A stretch of 64,000 nt of DNA from Chiloscyllium plagiosum (Eukaryota): NCBI RefSeq assembly GCF_004010195.1, contig NC_057731.1:1080292-1144291 (forward strand), in the 5' to 3' direction. This document shows positions 50,410 to 60,971 of this stretch, in pieces. The notes under the pieces were generated by a model. That model was not told where the DNA came from. It saw only the letters and a list, made by a program, of their open reading frames with translations, and made no database searches. A program made the position numbers and the translations under genes. The first letter of the stretch is position 1. Every line of letters begins with the position of its first letter.

Positions 50410-50680
50410 GTGGTTGGCATGGACAAGTTGGACCAAAAGGTCTGTTCCCATGCTCCACATATCCAGCCTTACTTTATAACTCAAAGCTTCCATACCTGGC
50501 ATCATCCTTTTGCACCCTCTCCAGCTTAGTAAGTTCTTCCTGTAACTAGGTGACCAAAACTGGACACAGTCTCCAGAACAGACCTCACCAATGTCCTGTA
50601 CAACCTCAACATGACTTCCCAACTCCTTTTGGGTAAAGGACTGAACAATGAAGACCAGCGGGTCAAACCTCATCTTAACA
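49930..50680. mobile_element. CR1 3' fragments (plus ~49930-50455, minus ~50460-50680)
   Basis: RKDVVKLESVQKRFT / LGLFSLQH.RLRGDL remnants and 3' tail. Confidence 0.75.
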
Positions 50681-50789
50681 ACACTCCTGCTGAAGGCCTT
50701 ATGCCTGAAACATCCACTCTCCTGTTCCTCGGATGCTGTGTTTTTCCAGCGACACACTTTCTTGACTCTGACCTGCAGTACTCATTCTC

Positions 50790-51382
50790 GGATATACTCT
50801 GATTGGTGCATCCTGTTGTCTATCATTGTCTCATCCCACCCTCATCGCTCTGATTGGTGTGTGGTTCAGACGACCTTGTCTCCACCCTCCTGTCTCCATC
50901 TGATTGGTTCAGTCAGCTGTCTATCACTGATTCATCCGGCCTTCCTCAATTTAATGGATGCACCTCGCTGTCTATCATTGTTTCACCCCGCCCTCCGCAC
51001 TCTGGGTGGTGGATTCCTGCTGTCTATCATTGTCTCATCCCACCTTCCTCACGCCGATTAGGGCATCCTCCAGTCTATCATTGCCTTCAATCCTCCTCGC
51101 TCTGATTGGTGAGTTTCACGGACATTGTGTCCACATATCGTTTTATAATTGGCCAAGTTCACTGTCCATCAGTGTACTATCTTTTACCCGCCCACTGACT
51201 TGCCCCCCCCGCCCAATGACCTTGCTACGATCCGTTCTCTGATTGGTTAGCCTCGTCCACCACGGTTTTGGGGAACCCATCCCGTTCCCCGATTGGCTGT
51301 TTCCGCTGTCGATCAGCGTTCCGTTCCACCCCCGGGTATTAAGCGGATGAAGGGCGGCCCCGGTCACTCACTCGTCACTAGA
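50790..51382 (+). promoter_or_regulatory. COX5B promoter / CpG island: multiple CCAAT boxes (mostly inverted, ATTGG), GC boxes (CCCGCCC 51187-51193, 51208-51214), ERR-type site TGACCTTG 51217-51224
   Basis: CpG density rises sharply from ~51100 to ~51600; motifs read directly; immediately 5' of the ATG at 51383. Confidence 0.7.
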
Positions 51383-51491
51383 ATGGCCGTGGCTCTGGTT
51401 GGGCGGTTGTGTGCGATCCGCGGGCTCGGTACCGGCCTGAGCCGGCTGGGGGCAGCGAGGATCGCTGTCGTTAGGCCTATGGCCACCTCGG
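51383..51491 (+). CDS. COX5B: Cytochrome c oxidase subunit 5B-family exon 1 (mitochondrial transit peptide)
   Basis: MAVALVGRLCAIRGLGTGLSRLGAARIAVVRPMATS(G): Arg-rich, no acidic residues, RxM-A-S/T cleavage-like motif as in human RSMASG; gtaaag donor in phase 1. Confidence 0.88.
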
Positions 51492-52282
51492 GTAAAGAAG
51501 CTTCCTGGGGTCCACCAGCGGAGTTCGGGGGGCGTTGGGGGTGGAGCCAGAGGATACGAGTGTGACCGTGAGACCGCGCTGACTGTGACCCCTGGGTGAC
51601 CTTCCCGCTGTGGAATGGTCCATTCCGAGGATGGGGGAGGGGGAGCAGGCGGAACTATTCCCTGAGGAATGTGGGTTGGTATCTCTCTTGGGGGGGGGGG
51701 GGGGAAGAGGTGAAAGGTCACCTGGGGGAGCTTTCAATCTAATAGGGGCTTTGCCTTCCCACTTAAAGTCAAATATCCGCTGTCCAGTGTAATGTTTGTT
51801 TGTTTGTTTTTTTTGGGGGGGGTAGAGGGTAGTTGAAGAGAAAACAAGGTTTCAGGACAAATGCATTTAAAATTGTAAAGCCTTTAGAGATGTTTCAAGA
51901 TTAATAAATGCTATGATTGTGATGGTTCTCTTGAGTTAACCAGATAAGTCCCTACACCTGGCAGAGAGGATTTGCAGCTGTTTATTTTTGGAATCATTTT
52001 GACATGATTTAAAATTAAATGGAATAAAAGGCTGAGAGAAAGTCCATGTTTTGGAAACCACTTAAGCTGTTTTGTTTCAGAATCCAACATTCTACAACCT
52101 GATTCATGGGAAGTTGTCTTTCTTTTATGTTAAAGCACAGTGGGTAATAAAGTAATTGAAAATTGTGGCCCAGAGTTAGTTTGAAGACTGCATAACCACA
52201 TGCAAGAGAGCATTTCATGGTCTACTCAGTTTGAGGCAGTGTTGTAAGGATATTGCAAGTTACTTTAGATTTTCTACAATAG

Positions 52283-52353
52283 GTATTCCTACAGATGAAG
52301 AACAATCAACTGGGCTTGAGCGGAAAACATTGCAAGCTATGAAGAAAGGGATG
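52283..52353 (+). CDS. COX5B: COX5B-family exon 2 (71 nt)
   Basis: caatag / gtaggc. GIPTDEEQSTGLERKTLQAMKKGM (human GVPTDEEQATGLEREIMLAAKKGL). Confidence 0.95.
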
Positions 52354-52934
52354 GTAGGCTCAATTTATTTTAAAAGTAAAACAAAACAGCTGATAATGTG
52401 TCTGTATGGTCTCAAGTTTTATAACTCATTTATGATGTTGAAAAACATACTGAATAAGATCAGAAAATAATTTTAGATTTAATTTTGTTCCATTTGCTGG
52501 AACTGATTTGAAACCATTTGATTTCTTGCTGTGATTTCAGTTCACCTGTTCTGTCATGTTATGACCTGCCTCTGAAGCAGGTGAGAATTGAACCCAGGTC
52601 TCCTAGCCCTGGGTAGGGATACTACCACTGTGCTACAAAAGCTGACTTTAGTGGATGATATTTTGAGCAGTTACATTAATTATTGCCCTCTATTTTAAAT
52701 AAAGTGATAAGTCTGTGTTCATTTCAGAGAAAAATTTGCTTGTTGTCTGATATATTCATACACAACACAAAGCATAGGCTTGAATGAGCTGCAGTTAACA
52801 CCCACTCCTTTTTTTTTCCACCCATGGCCCTGAAATTTGTTTCTTTCAGATATTTATCCAATTCCCTTTTTTTATGAAGTTACCATTTTATCCATTTTGC
52901 TTCAACTAGCTTTTCTGCCCAACCACAACTTAGG

Positions 52935-53218
52935 ATCATAGAATCCCTACAGTGAGGAAGCAAGCCAAATGGCCCATTGAGTCCAAAGATCCTCTGCAGA
53001 GCATCCCACCCTGACTTTATCTCATTAACTCTGCATTTCCAATGGCTAATCCACCTAATCCCCTCGTATTTGGACTGTGGGGGGAAACTGGAACATCCAG
53101 AGGAAACCCATGCAGACGCTGGGAGAATAGCTAACTCCACACAGACAAGCACCCAAGGGTGCAACCAAACTTGGGCCTCTGGTGCTGTAAGGCAGTAATG
53201 CTAACCACTGTGCTGCCT
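52935..53218 (-). mobile_element. HE1/V-SINE-like SINE (older)
   Basis: Diverged reverse-complement copy. Confidence 0.75.
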
Positions 53219-53469
53219 GTTCTCCTAACATATTCTGTTAAAACTCTTCTGGAATTTGAACTCTATTAAAGCTGCTCTATATTAAGGAGAACAGCCTGAC
53301 TTCCCATTTTCTGTAGATCATTGAAGTCTGCTCCCTTTTAGGTGGGGTGGAAGATGCAATTTACTAAAGTCTTGACAGCCCTCTTCAAATGCTCAGTAGT
53401 CTAACTGAGTCATAAAGGTGTACCACATGAAAATAGACCCTTTGGTCCAACTCATCCATGCTGACTAGA

Positions 53470-54218
53470 CCATCTATACAGTGTGTTCAAAAAGAATGGG
53501 TATCCAAGGAAAACAGTCTACTGATTTCTCAGCAACAAACCCAAACAAGCAGACAAAACATGTCCAGAAACCCTAGCCACTCTCTCGTACCTCAGACATC
53601 TCTAAAATGACTGCCAGACTACACAGACCCCTTGGCATCATGGTAGCCCACAAACCCACCAACACACTTAAACAGCAGCTGGTGAACTTGAAAGATCCTA
53701 TATGGACAATGAGCAAAACTAACGTCATTTACAAAATAGTGTGCAAGAACTGTAACAAATACTACATTGGACAAACAGGCAGAAAACTAGCCACCAGGAT
53801 ACATGAACACCAACTAGCCACAAAAAGACATGACCCTCTCTCACTAGTATCCTTACATACAGATGAGGAAGGACACCACTTTGACTGGGACAATACATCC
53901 ATCCTAGGACAAGCCAAACAGTCATGCACAAGAATTCCTAGAAGCATAGCATTCCAACAAGAACTCTATCAGAAAACACATTGAGTTGGATCCCACCCCC
54001 TGAGAAAAAGAACAGGCATTGACTTCACCAAAGGAAATGACATCACCAACCCAAACATATAAATAAAAGCAGGAAGTTTCAGCATTGCTTTGCATAAAGT
54101 GTACTGAAGATGTTACCTAGTAAGGTAATGAAACGTCTGGAAATGAACCTTTCAGCTCAGCGAGCAAACCTACATCCAAAACCTCAACCTGAGCTACAAA
54201 TCTTCTCAAAACTCACTA
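53470..54218 (+). mobile_element. Penelope-like element 3' part with GIY-YIG domain, inserted into a CR1 3' tail (COX5B intron 2)
   Basis: ORF 53607..53984: NVIYKIVCKNCNKYYIGQTGRKLATRIHEH; hammerhead core at 54104-54137. Confidence 0.87.
54104..54137 (+). ncRNA. Minimal hammerhead ribozyme core (sense within COX5B intron 2)
   Basis: CUGAAGA-U-GUUACCU-AGUA-AGGUAAU-GAAA-CG-UC; 7-bp stem II; stem I weak. Confidence 0.55.
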
Positions 54219-54790
54219 AGATATCCTAAACTAATACTTGCCTCATACCTCTCTAAATCCTTCCTATTCATATGCCCATCCAGATGGCTTTTAAATGTTA
54301 TAATTGTACGAGCCTCGATTTATGCACTCACCACCCTGTCCATGAAAAAGTTACCCTCTTAGGTCCCTTTCAAATCTTTCCCTTCTCACCTTTAAACCTA
54401 TGCCCTCTAGTCTGGACTCTCCCACCCTAGGGAAAATACCTTGTCTATTTACCCTATCTATTCCTCTCATGATTTTATAAACCTCTATAAGGTCACCCCT
54501 CAGCCTCTGACACTCCAGGGAGAACAGCTCCAGCCTGTTCAGCCCCTCCCTATAGCTCAAATCCTCCAGCCCTGGCAACATCCTTGTAAATCTTTTCTGA
54601 ACCCTTTCAAGTTTCACAACATCCTTCCTGGAGGAGGGAGACTAGAGTTGTACAATGTGACTCAGTGCATTCTCCAATAGAGGAAAACCTATCCAATGCT
54701 GCCTTTGCTATCTTATCTACCTGTGACTCCACTTTCAAGGAAGTATGAACCTGCACTCCAAGATTTCTTTGTTCAACAACACTCCTGAGG
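54219..54790 (-). mobile_element. CR1 LINE 3' fragment (tail continues at 53408-53469)
   Basis: KLERVQKRFTRMLPGLEDLSYREGLNRLELFSLECQRLRGDLIEVYK. Confidence 0.85.
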
Positions 54791-55752
54791 CCTGATCAAG
54801 ACTTTTCTTTTTTTTTTAAAGGGTTAGCATTAAATCCTTTGAAAAGTCTGAGTAAGTGAAGGCTTTTGTTTCTCAGTCTTAGTCAACTTGAAGTATTTTG
54901 GTAGCGCTCTCATGCGATCATGTCAGTCTTCACCAGTGGTGTTTGGTTTACAAAGGTTCACAGTTCTTGTGCTGCCCAGGTTTTGTGTACATAGTGCATG
55001 TGAACATCTAACAGTATTTTGCCTTGTTTCTGCAGGTCTTAATATCGTGGTTAGAGAATACGGTCGGGATCACCAAAGGAAATGCCAGCCTTAACATGCC
55101 AGCATGTTAAATTGCTGTACCTTATGTACTTTTAACAGTGTAACATGATAATGTTTGTGATGGTCATGGAGAGCTCAAACAATGTGTTGCGATTGGTTCA
55201 GCAGGACCAGATATTCCTTGTGAAGTTTGGGGTCTTCTATTCAGTAGCTTGCATCTTCTTTTTTTTTATATAGAGTCTAATAGAGACAGCTAAGAAAATC
55301 ATAAAAGGATATCAAATCCCATGAAGGGTGAAAAAGCCTGGAATCTCATGAGATTTTACAAAGGATCAGCTCTATTTGTGGAAATGTATTTTGTAAAGGT
55401 GGAAAGTTATTGTGTGTACATAAGATTTTATTTTTTTTAAGCACCTACAGTTGATCAGTGGTATTGTAAACTTTTGATTTGTAAAGAGATGATAAAGGAT
55501 AGGGTAACTGCAGTGAGGAATTCCAGTTTGTTTGAAATAGTCTTTTTTAAGATGAGGAATCAAGACTCGTGAAAGTGATTTTAAAGTAGAATTAAATATT
55601 CGAGAATTAGTTGGAAAAAGCTGCCAACCATAACAGTGCAATTTTAATCTCCAGGCTTTCTTCACCGAATTTCTACCCATTAGATATCATGTTGCTCTGA
55701 TTTTACTTTTATTTCAAGTTTTTAAAATCTCTTCAATTAATTTTTTCCCTAG

Positions 55753-55852
55753 GATCCCTACAGTATCTTCAAACCTAAAGAGTATGCAGGCACCAAAGAG
55801 GATCCTCATATCGTTCCTTCAATCACTGAGAAGAGGCTTGTTGGTTGCATCT
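55753..55852 (+). CDS. COX5B: COX5B-family exon 3 (100 nt)
   Basis: ttccctag / gtaagt. [33 protein letters not shown](C). Confidence 0.96.
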
Positions 55853-55943
55853 GTAAGTTAGATTTTTAGTGAAGATATTTACTTGAATTGACCTTTTGCT
55901 CTAGTAGCTGAGTAATGCATCACCAAAATCAAATCTTAGCTTG

Positions 55944-56238
55944 TGGGTGGCACAGTGGTTAGCACTGCTGCCTCACAGCGCCAGAGACCCGGGTTCAATT
56001 CCCGCCTCAGGCGACTGACTGTGTGGAGTTTGCACGTTCTCCCCGTGTCTGCGTGGGTTTCCTCTGGGTGCTCCGGTTTCCTCCCACAGTCCAAAGATGT
56101 GAGGTCAGGTGAATTGGCCATGCTAAATTGCCCGTAGTGTTAGGTAAGGGGTAAATGTAGGGGCATGGGTGGGTTGCGCTTCGGCGGGTCGGTGTGGACT
56201 TGTTGGGTCGAAGGGCCTGTTTCCACACTAATCTAATC
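55944..56238 (+). mobile_element. Young HE1/V-SINE-like SINE 91 nt downstream of COX5B exon 3
   Basis: 7-bp TSD TAGCTTG (55937-55943 / 56239-56245); near-identical to the 16721 and 22844 copies. Confidence 0.9.
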
Positions 56239-56810
56239 TAGCTTGGGGCAAATGTCCAGTTGATGTCCTTTCTGAACCCATACCAGCAAGCCACCCTGTC
56301 AGTGGAGGGGGCCATGTGGAATCGCTGTTATGGTTGCTTATTATTGCAACTAATGTTTGAATAGTTGTGGGGAATGCTGTATTATCTCAGAAACAGCCAA
56401 GAGCAGTTCGTAAAACCATTTTGCAGTAATGGCTCAGGAGGCCATTCTTCCTCAACTAGCTGTGCTGTCACTAACTGTTCAACTGGAGCTACCTTCTCTA
56501 ATCCCAGATCCTCGCTCAAACCTTTGTTTTTCAGGACCTTGTTCAGTTGTTCCCCACTCTAGCTATGTACCAATTGTCTGCATCAGTGTCTCCAAAGATA
56601 ACTTTCAAATGAAATTCTTAAATAGTATGTGACAGATAAGGTGAGATGCAAGATAACCTTCCCCTTTATCCTTGCCACCTTTTGGCTACTAGTTCTGTTT
56701 GTGTTTTATACTTGGTGTTTGGACTTTAAAGAATAGATAAGAAACACAGTATTTTCTGGTAAGTATTTTTTCCAATTTAAAAAAATGTTTAACATGTAAA
56801 TCCATAACTC

Positions 56811-58690
56811 TAAGTTTGCTCACTGAGCTTGAAGGTTTGTTTTCAGATGTTTTGTCACCATACTAGGTGACATCAGTGAGAGTCTCTGAAACATTGGTGG
56901 TATGTCCCGCCTCTCTTTATAGGTCTTGGTTTCTTAAGGTGGGTGATGTCATTTTTTCTTGTTTCAAGGGAAAGTAGATAGGATCTAAATCGATGTTTAT
57001 TAATGGAGTTCTGGTTAGACTTCACGTATGTGTTGCTCCTTGGATGCTGCCTGAACTGCTGTGCTTTTCCAGCACCACTAATCCAGAATGTTTGTTTTGC
57101 CTATCCTAGGTGGTGTGTGTTATCCGAGTCAAAATGGTATCCTTTGCCTGTATAGAAACGAGTGATAATTAAATTAGATTACCTACAGTGTGGAAACAAG
57201 CCCTTCGGCCTAACCAGTCCACACCGACCCTCCAAACAGTAACCCACCCAGACCCATTATTTCCCTCTGACTAATGCACCTAACGCTATGAGCAATTTAG
57301 CATGGCCAATTCACCTGGTCGTGTCTTTCGGTGGCCAGTTGGTCTTCTTGTATCCTAGTGATAAGTTTCCTGCTAGTTTGTCTGATGTGATGTTTTTTAT
57401 AGTTCTTGCACTGTATCTTTGGTATCTCATGGATCCTTTAGGTTTATTCGTTACTGTTTCAGTGTATTGGGGCTGCGGTTTGTGGACGCCAAAGGGTCTG
57501 AATAGTCTGGAAGCCATCTGAGATGCCTTTGGAAGGTAGTGTGGCGATAGACTTTGGTTGCGTTGCCTGCTTGTTTGGGTTTGTTTCTGTGCAATGGGCA
57601 GATTTGGTTTATTGGGTACTTGTTTTTCTTCAAAGCAGTGTATAGATATTGTTCTTCTGCTTTTTATAGTCCCTGGGTGCTGCAGTGTGATGGAACTTGT
57701 TGAAATAATGTCTCGATGCAGCTCTGTTTGTGGGTGTTGGGGTGCTTTGCTTCTAAAGTTAAGTATTTGGTCCATGTCTGTTGTTTTTTCTGTAGACGCT
57801 GGTTTGAAGCTCTCTGTTAACTGTGTACGTTCAACTGTCATGTCCAGAAATGGGAGTCTGTTCTTGTTCTCTTTTTGTGAGTTTTATACCCATCAGGATA
57901 TTGTCGATGGTGGTGTATGTTTCCTCAAATTTGTTCTGTTATGTGATGACAAAGGGTCATCTACGTAGCGGACCCTGAGTTTGGGCGGGATAGATGGGAG
58001 GGCAGCTTGTTCAAATCTCTGCATTACGGCTTCGCTATGAACCCTGATATTGGGGATCCCAGAGGTGTTCTGTAGACTTGTTGTAGATTTTATTATTGAA
58101 TGTGAATATGTTATTTTAATGAGGTATATCACAGTGCAGCATCCAAGAACTACAAAAAGCAGAAGAAAAATATCTATGCAACGTTTTCAAGAAAAACGGG
58201 TACCCAACAAACACAATCCACTGATTCCACAGGAACCAACTCTAACAAGCAGACACAATGCAACCAAAAATTATAGCCACGCCGCCTTGCATCAAAGGCA
58301 TCTCAGAAATGACTTCCAGACAAATCAGACTCCTTGGCATATGGTAGCCCATAAACCTACCAACACACTTTTAAGCAGTAACTAATGAAGCTATAGCATC
58401 CATTAGAAGCCACCAGCAAAACTAATGTCATTTGCAAGATACCGTGCAAGAACTGTACACCTACATCGGGCAAACTAGCAGGAAGCCTGCCTCAGGATAC
58501 ATAAACACCAGCTGGCCACCAAAAGACATGACCCACTATCACTACTTTCTATACATACAGCCAAAGAAGGACACCATTTTGACTAGGACAACACGCATAT
58601 CCTAGGACGGGCGAAACAAAGACACAAGAGAATTCTTCGAGGCATGGCATTCTGACCAGAACGCCATCAATAAACACATCGATTTAGATC
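56811..58690. mobile_element. Penelope-like element(s): minus copy ~56811-58085 (RT YVDD, thumb, EN; split by a SINE piece) and inverted plus copy ~58128-58690
   Basis: MQRFEQAALPSIPPKLRVRYVDD and KTTDMDQILNFRS on minus; NVICKIPCKNC..YIGQTSRK remnants on plus; same family as 53470-54218. Confidence 0.78.
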
Positions 58691-59224
58691 TCTTGCCTGA
58701 AACATTGACTCCCCTGCTTCTCAAATGCTGCCTGATCTTTGTGCTTTTCCAGCACCACACTCTCGACTTTGATCTCCAGCAACTGCAGTCCTCCCCTTTC
58801 TTCTCGTCTCTAGACTGATGTCTCTCTCTGGAATAATGTTACCTGTAGTACGTTTCAATCGTATGACTGATCAAAGTTTCCATTGTCCACTCAGATGTTC
58901 TTCTTGGAAACCACCGCCACAATGTGGAGGATAATGGTGACATCTCGCTACTAGTGATAAATTGGTTTCTTTTGTACTCTGGTTTCTCAAGATGAGAGAA
59001 GTCTTAAACATGTCTCAGTAGCCAGATGGTAGCTGTACATTTGCAAGTGGTCATCCTGTCCAGTATACCTCTTCATGGGAGAGTACTCTATCCACAGTCA
59101 TTACACTTATGACTTTCCAGAGACATTTAGGTCTTGACTGTACAGAATATGACCGACATGGACCAAGACAGAATCCAGAGGTCAAAGTCAATGATCCACT
59201 TGGCATCTTTATTTGACTAGATGG

Positions 59225-59531
59225 CTAGATTCCCCAACATTGTGGAAACAGGCCATTCGGCCCAACAAGTCCACACTGACTCTCCGAAGAGTAGACCACC
59301 CAGACACCTCTCCCTCTGACTATTGCACCTAACGCTGTGGGCAGTTTAACATGGCCAATTTACCTGACCTCCACATCTTTAGACCGTGGGAGGAAACCGG
59401 AGTACCTGGAGGAAACCCACGCAGACACAGGGAGAATGTGCAAACTCCACACAGTCAGTCACCTGAGGCTAGAATCGAACCTGGGTCTCTGGTGCAGTGA
59501 GACAGCAGTGCTAACCATTGAGCCACAGTGC
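59225..59531 (-). mobile_element. HE1/V-SINE-like SINE
   Basis: Reverse-complement copy. Confidence 0.82.
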
Positions 59532-59634
59532 TTTTTTAAATTTAAAATGACAATGCTCTCCATAACTTTACAGACAAATGATGCAAGTGTTGCAATTAGC
59601 AGAAGTCTAATTTTACTCTTTATTCTAACTACAG

Positions 59635-59747
59635 GTGAAGAGGATAACACTGCAATTGTTTGGTTCTGGCTGCATTCAGGGAGCCCCCAGCGTTGTCCGT
59701 CCTGCGGATCTCACTATAAACTTGAGCATCACGAACTTCCTCATTAG
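59635..59747 (+). CDS. COX5B: COX5B-family exon 4 coding part to TAG stop
   Basis: ctacag acceptor. [36 protein letters not shown]. All four Zn-binding Cys (CxC...CxxC) present; total CDS 393 nt = 130 aa. Confidence 0.96.
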
Positions 59748-59845
59748 ATCTTTGTTAATGTGCTATGGATTTTCTTCAATAATCTGTTTTAACTTAAATG
59801 TCTTTATCACTAGAAACAAAAATACTGGATTATGTGCACTTTAAA

Positions 59846-59851
59846 AATAAA
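59846..59851 (+). terminator. COX5B polyadenylation signal AATAAA
   Basis: About 100 nt after the stop, followed by T/GT-rich sequence. Confidence 0.7.
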
Positions 59852-60760
59852 CACTGAATAATGACCTATAATTACAAAGTAATTATTTTTGACTGTTCAC
59901 TGGGTTGGTTTGAGGTATTGTGATCTCTTGCATTGAAGGAGGTTTTATTGTATTTGATGTACCAGCAATGTTGAAAATAGACAGATGACAAGTGGATCAC
60001 CCCCTGAAAGTTCCCAAATTGCCAGGACAATCCATCCCACTCACTGGGTCAATCAACATGTTAAGCATGGCAGAGCACATGTCATAGCTGCAGTACATGG
60101 GAGCTCCTGGATGCCAGTATCATCCAGGCAAATGTTCCTGCAGTGGTTTTGAGCTGGACATACTTGAGCTTCAGAGCTGGAGGCTGGGTTACGGACTAAA
60201 CAACTGAGGATCCTGATTCCCTGGATTCTTTGTACCAAGATGTTGTCACAGCCCTTAAGATTGTGTCTTCTAGTTTGGTCAGTGTTCAGAGAATACTTGG
60301 TGAGGCAGGTATGGGCACAGGAGCCTCAGACCGTTATTGCTCAACAGGTGCAATGTTTTTTCAGCTTGTTTGGATGAGCCAATTGATCGTGGCACTGTAC
60401 TGCAGGAAATCATTCAGTTGTAAAGGAAGTAGGGTCTACTGACAGTAAGAGGATCTGATATTCTCCGCATTCGAGGGCCAGTTCAGCTGGCTGTATTCTT
60501 GCCTGGTGTTAGGATTTGTGACATTCTGTCTGCTGGAGTGGGAGGATCAGTTGTCATGTAGGTACCACAAAGACAGCAGTTCTGCATCATCAATGAGGAG
60601 CGAAACCCCCAGGTTTTAAAAAGCAGAACCTCCAAAACCAATCTCTGGATTCTTACCTGAGCCATCTGCACATCGGCAGAAGGCAAATAAGATTAGAGAA
60701 GTGATTGCATCGAGTGACCACTGGTTGATGGGGCACTTGGGCAAGTGGAATCTGTATTGG

Positions 60761-60970
60761 CAACACGGTGGCTCAGTGGTTACACTGCTGCCTCACAGCA
60801 CTAGGGATTTGGGTTCGATTCCCGCCTTGAGTCACTGTCTGTTTGGAGTTTGCACATTCTCCCTGTTTGCATTGGTTTCCTCCCACAATCCAAAGATGTG
60901 CAGGTTAGGTGAATTGGCCATGCTCAATTGCCCATAGTGTTCAGGGATGTGTGGCTTAAGTGCATTTAGT
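60761..60970 (+). mobile_element. HE1/V-SINE-like SINE truncated by the minisatellite
   Basis: Head and core present, tail replaced by the 44-bp array. Confidence 0.75.
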
Positions 60971-60971
60971 C

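Noticed and set aside
40140-50790. HERC4 terminal exons expected by human synteny
   Set aside because: No HECT C-terminal peptide (HTCFN..LP.Y) recognised on the minus strand by eye; tBLASTn would be needed to exclude it fully.
51293-51382. N-terminal extension of COX5B from the upstream TTG or the in-frame ATG at ~51347
   Set aside because: The TTG overlaps a CCAAT box in the promoter, and ATG 51383 gives a normal-length transit peptide; no support for the longer forms without TSS data.
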